From the NCBI GenBank assembly GCA_904063045.1, contig CAJFCJ010000051.1, forward strand, positions 13,231 to 77,230: 64,000 bases of DNA, given 5' to 3'. Positions 13,401-25,400 of the stretch are shown here, piece by piece. The stretch comes from Dimorphilus gyrociliatus (lineage: Eukaryota; Animalia; Annelida). Both the position numbers and the translations under genes were made by a program. Within the stretch, counting starts at the first letter, position 1. Each line of letters begins with the position of its first letter. Below the pieces are notes generated by a model. It did not search any database. It worked only from the letters and a program-made list of their open reading frames with translations, and had not been told where the DNA came from.

Positions 13401-16400
13401 CAAGACTGGGCTGTTTCGTCGGATATGTCCAGGCAATCCTTATGAAAGTCGCACGTGTCATTTATAGGTATACATTTACTGTCGCAATGATAATAGTCCT
13501 CATTGTTACTGCAATCTTTAAATAAGACGTTAATAGTGTTGACTCGACCGTCTAGTTGGTTGATAAGCGTAAATAATTTCTACTTATGTTCTCAAAATAG
13601 CCATCGTTTAATCCGTATTCGAGAGGTGATGAGCAAATTTCATCACTTCCGTCAAGGCAATTTATCTCGCTATTACAAAATTGTTTCTCTTCAATACATT
13701 CCTTATTGGAACAGCTTAAAAAAAGAATTTACTAATTAACAGAGTGTTTAGGGAAGTTAGGTTTAGGGTTAAAAGTTTTAGTCTTCTGTATATTTGCATT
13801 TGAAACCAATCAAAGAAACAAACACTCAACCTTTTCTTGGCTAAACATTCCTTAACAGCTTTATTAAGTAAAAATGGAGCAAGTTGGAAAAAGGGATAAA
13901 AAAAATAAGTCTGTTTTTATCGTTTGTTATCATCGCTCTTAATTTGGATCCTACCACAGTTTTTTTCATCTTTTCCATTAGAACAATCGTCTATATGGTC
14001 GCATACTTGCTTAAAATCTACTTCGTACGTATCGTTACAAGAAAATCCATCAACAAATACGCAATCGTCCTGCTCGTCTTCCCCCGAAAAGCAATCCCTC
14101 TTTCCATCGCATTGATAAATGGCGTTGATAAAAATCGCATCGTCTGAACAGTAGAACAATTGCAAAGAGGAGCGTAATATTGTTGTGATATTTAATAATG
14201 TATTTTCAACGGCTTTACTCAAAAATGACACTTTGTCGACTTTTCCCTCGTTTACAAAAACTAGTGGAGGAAAAAGAAAAGCAACCATCTCACCCACCTT
14301 TCTTCCATTAAACATGTTCATTACCTGGTTCCATGCAGGATAACACCGATATTAGCTTTTCCCGACAATCTACAGGCTTTATATTATACGACTTTTTGTC
14401 GAACGGTAATTTCAAATAGGTGGAGAGCTTTTTGTATTTGACGACCGTTTTATAAAAGAAACAGGATGATAGTTTTGAACTGGTTTGCGTTTCAACTCCT
14501 TCAGTCGTGTATTTTGTACAAAGATCTTTCAAGCTGAAAAATAATAGGCAATTGATTTTTTGCTTTCTTTCCTTCTTCTCCTAATAATAGTAAATAACTA
14601 TCTGTAATTTTCCTCGAATGACGTAAAATCGTATGGTTTCTTATCCAAATGTACAACTGTTGAGAAATTCCTTCTATCTTTCACCACTGTCATTTCTTGA
14701 CCGTTCAAATGCAGATGGAAAGAAAGCAAGGAAACAAAAGTTTACTCGGAGAATTTTGAATAGAAAAAGGAAATATTATTTTGTCGTCAAGCATACTTCC
14801 TGCCAATTTAAAATCGTCGAGAAGTTGAAAACTCTTCAAGTTCTTTTCAGTTTGAGTTGATAAAATTTTCAATTTGAGGAGAAAAACTATAAATTTAAAG
14901 CTGTCGAAAGATAGAAAGGCCAGAGTGCCATTTCTCCCCTTACAGAATCTTTCATTCTCCAGAACTGATATTCTTCTTGGAGGTTCGGCAATCGTATGGC
15001 ATACACTTCGGAACAAGAAGGCCTTTTCATGCCTGCATCCTATTGCTAAAATAAGAAAATTAAATACTATTAAATAGAGCGTGCTCTTTGTTTTTGCATA
15101 CTTTGTAGGCTATTTTCACATTTCACGGCTAATGAAAGTTTGAGGGATCTCTGGACGATTTCCTCCGTTGAGAATGACGGAAATGTTAATGGAATGTTTT
15201 TAACTTTAAATGAACAAAACGTTCTGTTGTCGTTTTTTTCCCGACATTTCATTGTTGCGGAGAAATAAGCGAAAATTGATTCGTCATCTCTTATATCGCT
15301 TATCATTCCGTAATTGAACGAGAACGATTTACATAGATATGCTAATTGGTCGACTTGGTAGGTCTCGAAAGTTGGTTGGTACCACATACTCTTATGATAG
15401 ACTTGTAAATTTCCTGTAAATTCGGTAAAGTTGTGGACATCTCCCACATTCAATATATTATTTGAAGCATTGAAAAGTCGGTAATGAAAGTCTACAAGAA
15501 ATAAAACAACAATTTCCCTACAGTTCACACTTCAATTCATCGTAATCCATAACAGACTTGTATAGTTTTTGTCCTCTTCGCATGCCATAGATAATAAATA
15601 CGGATTATAGGGTTTTCCTTGCAAGAAGCAACTACTAAAGTCGTCGTTTTTAGACAAATCGCAATCAATCAAACTTGGATGTGAACCCCTCTCTAAATAG
15701 TAATTAATCGTTTGACAACCCGAACGATAGATCATCTGTTCGTATAATTAATGAATTAGTTAATAATTACGCAATCAATCAGACGGAATAAAGTAAACAT
15801 ATTCATCTAATAACATAAATTTTATATCTATAAACTTTGTAGCGAGGTGGCATGATTTTGGATTGGCGTCTGCACAAAGATAAGGCATATCTAACAATGT
15901 CATTTAGCGGTTCAAATGCGAATGGAATGTTTCCCAATGTCTTTGAATTAATCATATATGTTGCCCCATTTGGGAAAATCTTTGCAAACATTATATTGTG
16001 GAAAAACTCCGGCATTCTAACAATTTCGAAATCTTGAAGAGAAAAGGAAACAGTCTTGATAATAACATCAATGACTGTAGACAAGGAAAATCAATTACCT
16101 TTTAATTGTCTGTACTCGCAAATTAACTCTTCTACATAATTGGAATGAGAACTTGTTCTATTCGAATGGGATATTTGCTGAAAAGAGGCTCCTCTTTTCT
16201 CAACAGCCGTACCAATGAAATATTTACTTTTTTCAACAGTTTGACGCGATTTTTTATAAAATTCACTATTTGCGCATAAATTTTCATTTGTGCCATTTCG
16301 TTTGAAGAATAAATTGAACGTTTTCCCTTTATATCTCACATGTAGTTTATACTTTCTCTTCGATACCTTCACCGCAAACATAACTGTTTCATATCAACAA

Positions 16401-17061
16401 AAAAGAAACCGAGAATAAGAAAATATTTTTAGCAAAACAAACAAACAATCAATCAATCGCTCACTTGGCTTTTGCAATTTGAAACATTTCAGACAGAATG
16501 AGCCTTCTTTACCATTTGTCTCTGAAAATTTTCACATCTGCCAAAAGTAGATTGTTTATATAATAAAATTTCTGAACACTTTTTTCTTTTTCATGTTTGC
16601 GAATATTCAATATACCTATAAACTTACTCTTTAGATTTTTTTTTAACTTTTACAGTTATTCTTTGCAGTTTTACAGTGTTTTGCAGGTGTTTTTAAAAAC
16701 AATTTGTATTCAATAAAGAAATGTATTATTATTATTTACCACTGGGAATGTTGCAAACTTGTAGAATAAAGTGTATTGGATCGTAGCCCATGATAGAACA
16801 AATATTTTCTACATCTGCTATAGGAATTTTTGATTTAAAACCAAGCGTTTTTGTCTGATTAGTCGATAGCTTTCTTAATCGTAATTGTCCATAAATGTAG
16901 AATTCATTCTCTACCAAAGCGTTTAGAGAATATTTAACATTGACATTTTTCAGACTGTCCTCATGACGTTTCTTTTCGATGAAACAATTTTTTGAAACAA
17001 CTTGCATCAACCTGTTAGCAGAGAAGAAGAAAATGTTTAATTTGACAATAAAGAATAGCAT
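10498..17061 (-). CDS. GRL101-like: Multi-exon LDLa + LRR + 7TM GPCR (GRL101-like LGR) with long N-terminal extension
   Basis: LDLa repeats at ~12850-14200 (CDGKRDCFSGEDE, CDGIVHCNEYDDEVNC). LRRs and TM1-4 lie in 11590-12846, followed by DYYSKTSMC, TM6 CWFPI and TM7 LPINSVINPFLYT. Upstream exons join through short introns to a hydrophobic start at ~17061. The first and last exons are less certain. Confidence 0.75.
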
Positions 17062-17763
17062 TAGTGGAAAATTTTCTATTGAATTCCTTTCAGCAACTAC
17101 ATGTTCTCTTAATGACAAAGTTGATGTAAATTTTTACATTAATTGGCTGTCCTAAAAAACAATGTAATCGAATGCGAAAGTTCATTTTTATTTGTTATAA
17201 AATACCTTAGTAATTCGTTTCTTGCTTTCCGTTACATCTATCTTGCAATTAGTAAAAAAGCAAACACAGATATGTAAATGAAATATCACCTGTATTATTC
17301 TTACTCTCAACATAAAAGCATCTACATAATTTGTAAAGAAATAGTAAACATAAACAGGGTTTGTAAAGGGTTTTTTTTTATTAAATCAAAAAAGAGAAAC
17401 AGAATTCTCACATTTCAAGAGTCCCAATTGATTTTGGGGGGAAGCAGTCAAACCTACTAAATTTCGTCCTACTTATAATAATAATGTACTAATCTATAAA
17501 TGCAAAATCTGTCTTTCCATGAAAAGACTAGGACTAGTCTATTCAGAAAAAAACAAAACTAGGCGGTTTGTGAAAATAACTTTGAAAGCAAATGTAACAA
17601 TACAAACATAACAAACATTGATTGGCTTAATAAATAAGTTTAAAGATACATATTTAATTAATTGTTTATAATTCTTCAAACACTGACTCAAGCCAAACAT
17701 CCTAAATTCATTAATTTATTATTAGATCAGTGCAAATAAAAAGGGATAGAAAAAATTTTATAG

Positions 17764-17971
17764 CAATTCAAAATCAATAAGTTCCCAATCATAAATAAAG
17801 ATGATTTGAGAGAGACAAAGAGTCAATTTGAAGAAAAGTTAAAAAATTGCAAGAAGACAAAGACTGTTCTTGGAAAAGAAGAATATGGAAAAATGATAAA
17901 TGAAGTTTTGAAATTAAAAAAGAACACTACGAGTAGTAGAGACTACAGACCGACAAGCAGATAGAACAATC
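17764..17971 (+). pseudogene. Truncated N-terminal fragment of a KRBA2/SCAND3-like (Ginger-type integrase) transposase
   Basis: Reads KSQFEEKLKNCKK..LGKEEYGKMINEVLKLKKNTTSSRDYR, resembling the recalled KRBA2-like N-terminus. It hits a stop and then ends at the AGGGTTTGC junction at 17972. Confidence 0.5.
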
Positions 17972-18175
17972 AGGGTTTGCAAAAGGTTTTTTTTGACTAA
18001 ATCAAAAAAGAGAAACACAATTCTCACACTTCAAGAGTCCCAATTGTTTTTGGGAAGCAGTCAAAGAAAAAATACACCAAAATTGACATTTAAAACAATT
18101 TCCAAAAGAAAAGATTTTTTCAAAAAATTTTCAAAAAATTTTTTTCTGAAATTTTTTATTATTTCCTACCTACTC

Positions 18176-18236
18176 GACCTACCATGGTTTTGTCCCCCTC
18201 TCTATTAAATTTGTATATCTGGGACTCTTCAGGGTC
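18176..18236 (-). ncRNA. Type I hammerhead ribozyme, core mutated (GAAA->AAAA)
   Basis: Reverse complement: GACC CUGAAGA GUCCC...GGGGAC AAAA CCAUGG UA GGUC. Confidence 0.7.
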
Positions 18237-19391
18237 TAATATAAAGGAATGAATGAGAGGTTTGATAATCTTAATAAAAAGCTTCTCTCCAGATTTTGAT
18301 TTATTTGTTTGTTGATAAAGATTCTTGTGGGGTAAAAATTATAGATAAAAAAATAAAAAATACAAAATACCTAATAGTTTAAAGCTTTTAAAATAACAAG
18401 GTATATAGAAGGAAGAATATATAGGCTTGAATAAAATGTAAGATTAAAAGAATAGTAAGTTGAGGGCATATCTCTCCTACCCATTGGAAATACAGAAAGA
18501 AACAAAAATTGAAGACCTAAAAAATGTGGGAAAAAATAAGTTGGGTAAATAAATAGCAACCAGGATTTGAATAACAATAAAAGTTGAAATAAAGATTAAA
18601 CAATAAAAAATAGAAAATTAAAAAATTAAAAAATTAAACAATAAAAAATATAAATTAAAATTAAATAAAAGTATGCATTATATTACTGTTTATGGCTAGT
18701 AGATGAATTGAGTATGTATACAGGAATTGGTTAAATTATTGAAAATATATAAAATAAGTGAGTGTAAATGAATGAAGTGTGCTACATATGTTGTATTATG
18801 TAGAAAGTATGGTTAATTTAATTTTATGGCTAAAGATTAGAGGATTGTTAATTTGAAAATTATTAAATAATATTGTTTGAAGACTGGGTTAGGGTTTGCA
18901 AAAGGTTTTTTTTGACTAAATCAAAAAAGAGAAACAGAATTCTCACACTTCAAGAGTCCCAGTTGATTTTGGGAAGCAGTCAGAGAAAAAATACACCAAA
19001 ATCGACATTTAAAACAATTTCCAACAGAAGGGTTAGGGTTTGGTAAGGGTTATGGGTTAGGCCACTCACACAACTCTGGTAATGTTTTTGGGAACTGGTT
19101 AGCTAGTGTTCCAGTGTAATACCTAACTTTTAATCAATGTTAGGTAGGGGTTCTCCTTGGTCAGGATTATAGATTTGGGCTCCGGGTTAGGGTTAGGGTT
19201 TGCAAAGGTTTTAATAAGAGTTGAACTTGACACTATGATCTAAGTCCTGGTAAAAGTTGAGTAGCTTCCACCAATTTTCATGAGTTCCAAATGGAATGCA
19301 AGAGTGTGGACCTCCTGCACAGGTTTGACAGAGAAAACAATATCCTGGTTCATGATGTAAAAAATTTTTTGAAAAATATTTTTTGAGTAAC

Positions 19392-19441
19392 TGACCTACC
19401 ATGGTTTCATCTTCCCCTTTAGCAAAGACTCATCAGGGTCA
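19392..19441 (-). ncRNA. Type I hammerhead ribozyme (family C), G-U at base of stem II
   Basis: Reverse complement: UGACC CUGAUGA GUCUUUGCUAAAGGGGAAGAU GAAA CCAUGG UA GGUCA. Confidence 0.8.
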
Positions 19442-19748
19442 TTTCTGAGTATAGCTTCTCTTACTGCTATCTGGAAGGGGAGGCTAGGATCAATTCTATA
19501 ACTGGATCCCACCTTGCATTTAATTTAGGGTTAGGGTTAGGGTTAGGGTTAGCAAAAGGTTTTTTTTGACTAAATCAAAAAAGAGAAACAGAATTCTCAC
19601 ACTTCAAGAGTCCCAATTGTTTTTGGGAAGCAGTCAAAGAAAAAATACACCAAAATTGACATTTAAAACAATTTCCAAAAGAAAAGATTTTTTCAAAAAA
19701 TTTTCAAAAAATTTTTTTCTGAAATTTTTTATTATTTCCTACCTACAC

Positions 19749-19809
19749 GACCTACCGTGGTTTCGTCCCCCTCTCTCTTAAATTTGTATATCAGGGACTC
19801 TTCAGGGTC
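19749..19809 (-). ncRNA. Type I hammerhead ribozyme (family A), core intact
   Basis: Reverse complement: GACC CUGAAGA GUCCC...GGGGAC GAAA CCACGG UA GGUC. Confidence 0.85.
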
Positions 19810-21813
19810 TAATATAAAGGAATGAGTGAGAGGTTTGAGAATCTTAATAAAAAGCTTCTCTCCAGATTTTTGATTTATTTGTTTGTTGATAAAGATTCTT
19901 GTGGGGTAAAATTATAGATAAAAAATAAAAAATACAAAATACCTAATAGTTTAAAGCTTTTAAAATAACAAGGTATATAGAAGGAAGAATATATGGGCTT
20001 AGATAAAATGTGAGATTAAAAGAATAGTAAGTTGAGGGGATATATATCTCCTACCAGTTGGAAATACAGAAAAAATAAAAAATTGAAGACATAAAAAATG
20101 TGGGAAAAAATAAGTTGGGTAAATAAATAGCAACCAGGATTTGAATAACAATAAAAGTTGAAATAAAGGGTAAACAATAAAAATTGAAAATTCAAAAATT
20201 AGAAAATCAAAATTATAAATTAAAATTATGCATTATATTATTGTTTATGGCTAGTAGATGAATTGAGTATGTGTACAGGAATTGGTTAATTAATTGAAAA
20301 TATATAAAAAATAAGTGAGTGTAAATGAATGAAGTGTGCTATGTATGTTGTATTATGTAGAAAGTATGGTTAATTTAATTTTATGGCTAAAGATTAGAGG
20401 ATTGTTAATTTGAAAATTATTAAATAATATTGTTTGAAGACTAACCTTTTTTTCTTGTATTGTATTTTCCAACATTCATTTACTTTGCCAAGTGATAGGT
20501 TGTTCTGGCTAATGAATGGATTGGAAAGGAAATTGGATAATTGCTATTTATCTACCTATATATTGTTTGTAATGAATAATATAAGTATTAGGGAAGATGT
20601 TAGGATTCCTCATTCTTTTTTGAGTTTTGATTTTGATTTGTTTGTTGTAAGAATGGAAGGAATCTATATTTGTTAAATCTTTTACCAACATTCATTTGGT
20701 TGATACCTGAAAGTTGGCTTTTAGTTAATGAATGGGTTGGAAGCTGTATAAGTATGGATTATAATGATTTTGTTAAGGGAACCCTGAACCAATAAGATAT
20801 ATTTTAATAAGTATAAATAAGACAAAGGAAAATATTTGATAAAGTGAATTGCAAATTTGTACCTTAAAACTTATTCTCCAACATTCATTTTGTTAGTCCA
20901 AGTATGTGCAGTTGATTTTGGCTAATGAATGGATTGGAAAAAATATCTATTAGTTGGGTTAAGTGAGTTCCTGTATGTAAGTTGGTGCAAAAAAGAGTGT
21001 GTATATTGAGCTTAAGATAAATAAAAAATAAAAAATAAAATGCTACCTACATGGCTTGGATTTAAAATATGCAAGAAATTCAACAAATTACAGAATTTAC
21101 AAAAGTCCCCAAAAATATGATAAAAACCTCATGAAATCTAACAAAGTCTACAAAGTCTAAAAAATCCACAAAATCAACAAAAGCCAAAAAATCTACAAAA
21201 TGCTTAAAATCTGCTTTAAAATGCTTAAAATATGCTTTAAAATGCTTAAAATCTGCTAAAAATCTGCTTAAAATCTGCTTAAAATCTACCATCAGAAATC
21301 CTAAATCATCATAATTGAATGTATAATGATTCTTAAGAAAATAGTACAGAATTTCATCATTTGGCTTTAACAATAAAACATTATCAACACAACAAACTCC
21401 AACAATTTACCAAAAAAGATAGATTAGTTCACTGTCACATGTATAAGAATCTTTATCTTTTTTAAAAAGAAAGAAAAAGTTTTGAATCTTTTGCTCAAAT
21501 ATTCTAATTTTGAATTGAAAAAAGTCAATCTCATGGAAAAAGTTTTGTTTTAGTCATTGGTTATGGCTTATGTATTAGTTCCTGTCATCCCACATTCTCT
21601 TTACTGGTTGGGGTTTGCAAAAGGTTTTTTTTGACTAAATCAAAAAAGAGAAACAGAATTCTCACACTTCAAGAGTCCCAATTGTTTTTGGGAAGCAGTC
21701 AAAGAAAAAATACACCAAAATTGACATTTAAAACAATTTCCAAAAGAAAAGATTTTTTCAAAAAATTTTCAAAAAATTTTTTTCTGAAATTTTTTATTAT
21801 TTCCTACCTACAC

Positions 21814-21870
21814 GACCTACCACGGTTTCGTCCTCCTCTCTATATTCATTACCAAGGACTCATCAGGGTC
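21814..21870 (-). ncRNA. Type I hammerhead ribozyme (family A), core intact
   Basis: Reverse complement: GACC CUGAUGA GUCC...GGAC GAAA CCGUGG UA GGUC. Confidence 0.88.
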
Positions 21871-22429
21871 TAGTAACCTACACCTACAGAGAGGTTGAAG
21901 ATTTCCAATAGGGAATTCTCTTCTTCAGGTTTTTTCAATATATATCATATCAAAAGTGCTATTTACAATGATACTGTTTAATGAAATATATACATACCAT
22001 TCTTTCATTGAAAGATGTATATTTTGAAAGGAATTGGAGAAGTGGTACATTTAACTATCTTCTTTTAATGTGGTGTTGACTCCTTAATCTTCAAACTACA
22101 AATGAATCCAGTGAAAAAATGCCTACATTGTATATATAATATATGGAGAAGCCTGTGGGAACATGCCACAAACATATCAACTATAGATAAAATTATATAA
22201 TGCCAATGTGAGAACATAAAGTTAGTAAAGTTTAAAAGCACAAATAATCAAATTAAACCTATGTGTGTGAGAAAGTTCTACAAACATGCTAAAGAGAGAT
22301 AAGAGTTTGTAGTAATTTGATATTTACATTATGGTATTAGTCTATATACTGAATCTAAAATCTCTATCTTAATTAACAACAGAGTTAGTGCTACCCTGAC
22401 AAATATGTTAAAAAAGGCTTTTATGAAAG

Positions 22430-25400
22430 AAAGAACATGTAAATTTTAATGGTGCCAAAACTCTGGAACCTTAAGAGATGATTGAACTTTGTAAAAAGAT
22501 TTATGATAGGCGTAGTGATGTTAATCTATGTACAGAATTACAAATATACATCTTAATTAACAACAGAGTTAGTGCAGCCATGACAAATATTTTGTATAGG
22601 TTTATATATGAGAAATAATTTGATGGAGCCATAACTCTGGAACCATAAGAGATAACTCAATTCTGTAAAAAGAATTGGAATTGGTATAATAATATTAAAT
22701 TATGTACAAAATTTTAGAGCTCTATCTTAACTATTAACAAATTTAATTTTTTTCTGACGAATATTTTTTTATATACACTAATAACCCTGTTTAAATACAA
22801 CATTCAAAGAAAATCATATCTTAGCAACTACTGCACCAATTTTTGATTAAATTTGAAATAAAATTATTGTCACAAAAAATATGGACAATTCGAAAGACAT
22901 TTGGTACATTTATTAAGTATTTCTCATTTAAAAAATATTAATTATGATCATTATTTATATAAGGAAACTGCATTAAACTTTAAGTCAACGTAGCTCCCAA
23001 ACTTTAAGAGATAATTGAATTCTGTAAAAAGATTTGAGATTAGGATGCCAATATTAGTAAATATACAAAATTTCAAAGCTCTATCATAATTAATAACAAA
23101 TCTAGGTTTTTTTTGACAAATATTTTATTGTTATGGCATACAACTGAGATTAAACATATTGTTCATAAGATTCCATATCTCAGAAACTACTTGGCTGATT
23201 TGGATCAAATTTGAACCAAAATTAATGGCAAAAAGAAATCCAGAAAAACAGAAACATATTTGTAATGTTAATTTAATATTTCCCATTTAAAATATATCAA
23301 TTTTTATAATGACTTAATTAAGAAAAATGCATTAAATTTTAGTTCACCACAACTCAAAAACTATAAGAGATAATTAAATTCTGTAAAAAGATTTGAGATT
23401 AGGATACTAATATTAGTATAAGTACAAAATTTCAAAACTCTATCATAATTAATAACAAATTTAGTTTTTGGATGACAAATATTTTAATTGTCAAAACAGA
23501 GTTTATATATAACATTCATAGGAATCCATATCTCAGCAACTACTGCACCGTTTTTGATCAAATTTGAAGCAAAATTATTGATAGAATGAGCCTATATTAA
23601 ATTCCAATGAATCAAAATTATAAAATTAATTGAATGCAAAGTAATTTTTGTTTTAAAAAGTTGCTTTAAAAAAGATAAAGTTATTGTTTGTGTAATTGTT
23701 TCAAAAATTGCTTCATTAATTTCAATAGGTAAGTTTGCTCTTTTTTATATTGTATGAATAAATAAATAAAAATAAATAGAATTTAAAGGAAAGTAATTGA
23801 ATAAAGTGATGAAAAAGCAACAGACAACATTCTACATATTTTAATAGATTAAAATTGAACAAAAACTAATTATAAAAACTGATGTTAATTAGGATAATTT
23901 AACAATTTTACTGACATTTTGCTGTGTACTGGTGTAGTCTTTTTTCAAAAACTTTAACGCAACATAGCTCCCAAACTATAAAAGATAATTGAATTCTGTA
24001 AAAAGATTTAATATCGGTATAATAAAATCAATCTATGTACAAAATTCCAGAGCTCTAACTTTAATATTAACAAATTTAGTTTTTTTGAACATCAAATATT
24101 TTTGTTTATATAGGCTTTTAATAGTGTTTATATATAATGTTTCTTAGAATCCATATCTCAGCAACTACTTGACCGATTTTGATCAAATTTGAAGTAAAAT
24201 TATTGGCAGAAGAAGACATGGATAATTAGAAATATATTAGTTACACAAAAACAATATTTCCATTTTAAAAAATAAAATTCTTTTAATGAATTATGTAAGG
24301 AAGATGCACTAATCATCAAGGCAACGTAGCTTGGAAACCATAAGAGATAATTGAATTCTGTAAAAAGATTTGAGATTGGCGTACCAATATTAGTTTATGT
24401 ACTTAATTTCAAAGCTCTATCTTAAATTTTAAGAAAAAGAGTCTTTTTCTGACGAATATTTCTTTAAATATATTAACCTGTAACAGTGTTAAAGTACAAT
24501 GTTCAAAAGAATCCATATCTCAGCAACTAGTGGGCCGATTTTGATGAAATTTGAAGCAAAATTATTGTCAGAAGATGTTTATAAACTTTATAAAAGAATA
24601 AATAAGAAAATATGTAAGACAGTTGTTTAAAATTGAAAACTAAAATTTATTAGAAAAAGGTAGAAAAAACTACAAAAGTTGAAATACACAAAGATATATA
24701 TATATATATATATAGAAAAAAAGTACAAGAAAAAGAGAAAACTGAATATAAAAGTTAAAAACATATATACAAATAAAAATGAAATAGAAAATATTGTTTC
24801 TAAACCAATTTCTTTTCCAAAAAAACATATTTTATAAATTTAAGAAACATTGTCTGCTCTTTTTTATATTTGTTTGGGTCGAAATCAATTAAATGAAAGC
24901 CACTCCAACCCAAATTATTTTCTATCCTACTTGGAAAATATTTTTTTAAAAAGTAGATATCCTTTGGCATATTAGGTTTTAACTTTAAAAAGTCAACAAT
25001 TTCAAATTTCAGTTTCTTTGGATATTCTTTCAAAATCACAATAATTTTTTTATCCTTTAAAGGCCACTCAACCAGCAAATATGGAAAAGTATTGAATGAT
25101 AACTTTTTGAATAATAATAATTGAACATTCTTAATATTATTTTTTTGAAAAATTTTTTTAAAATCTGGAACTTTAATGTCAGTAAAATAGTCTGATATAA
25201 TTACAGTTTCTGTACAAAAATCCATTGTGGGGCAAAATGTTTTTAAAATTTTTCTTTGTTTCCTTTTTGGAAAAAATCTTTCAATTTCTTACAGAAAATT
25301 GAAAGACCTAATTGCTAAATGATTGTTGTTTTCCAAATTAAAATACCTTTCATTAGCATCTTTAATTTTTTTACAATTTTCATTATCATTTTCATTTTCA

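Larger units (their letters stand above)
17356..21900 (-). repeat. Stacked subtelomeric modules (families A, B, C), each starting on + with a telomere-like seed
   Basis: Family A (GGGTTTGCAAAAGG...GACTAAATCAAAAAAGAGAAAC...) starts at 17356, 17972, 18886, ~19525 and 21606. 17972-18885 and ~19545-20445 are ~900-bp direct repeats. B spans 19030-19183 and C 19184-19520. Four TTAGGG copies lie at 19525-19548. Confidence 0.9.

Noticed and set aside
17972-20445. ~900-bp direct repeats as LTRs of an LTR retrotransposon
   Set aside because: No TG...CA ends, PBS or gag-pol between them. The junctions are telomeric seeds.
21080-21373. 97-aa ORF with FKHF/DFVDF repeats
   Set aside because: Derived from a short AAAATGCTT/AAAATCT microsatellite.
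17993-21873. Three near-identical 71-80 aa plus-strand ORFs (MTKSKKRN...)
   Set aside because: TTG starts inside repeat module A, low complexity, and antisense to the ribozyme. They are translation artefacts of the repeat.
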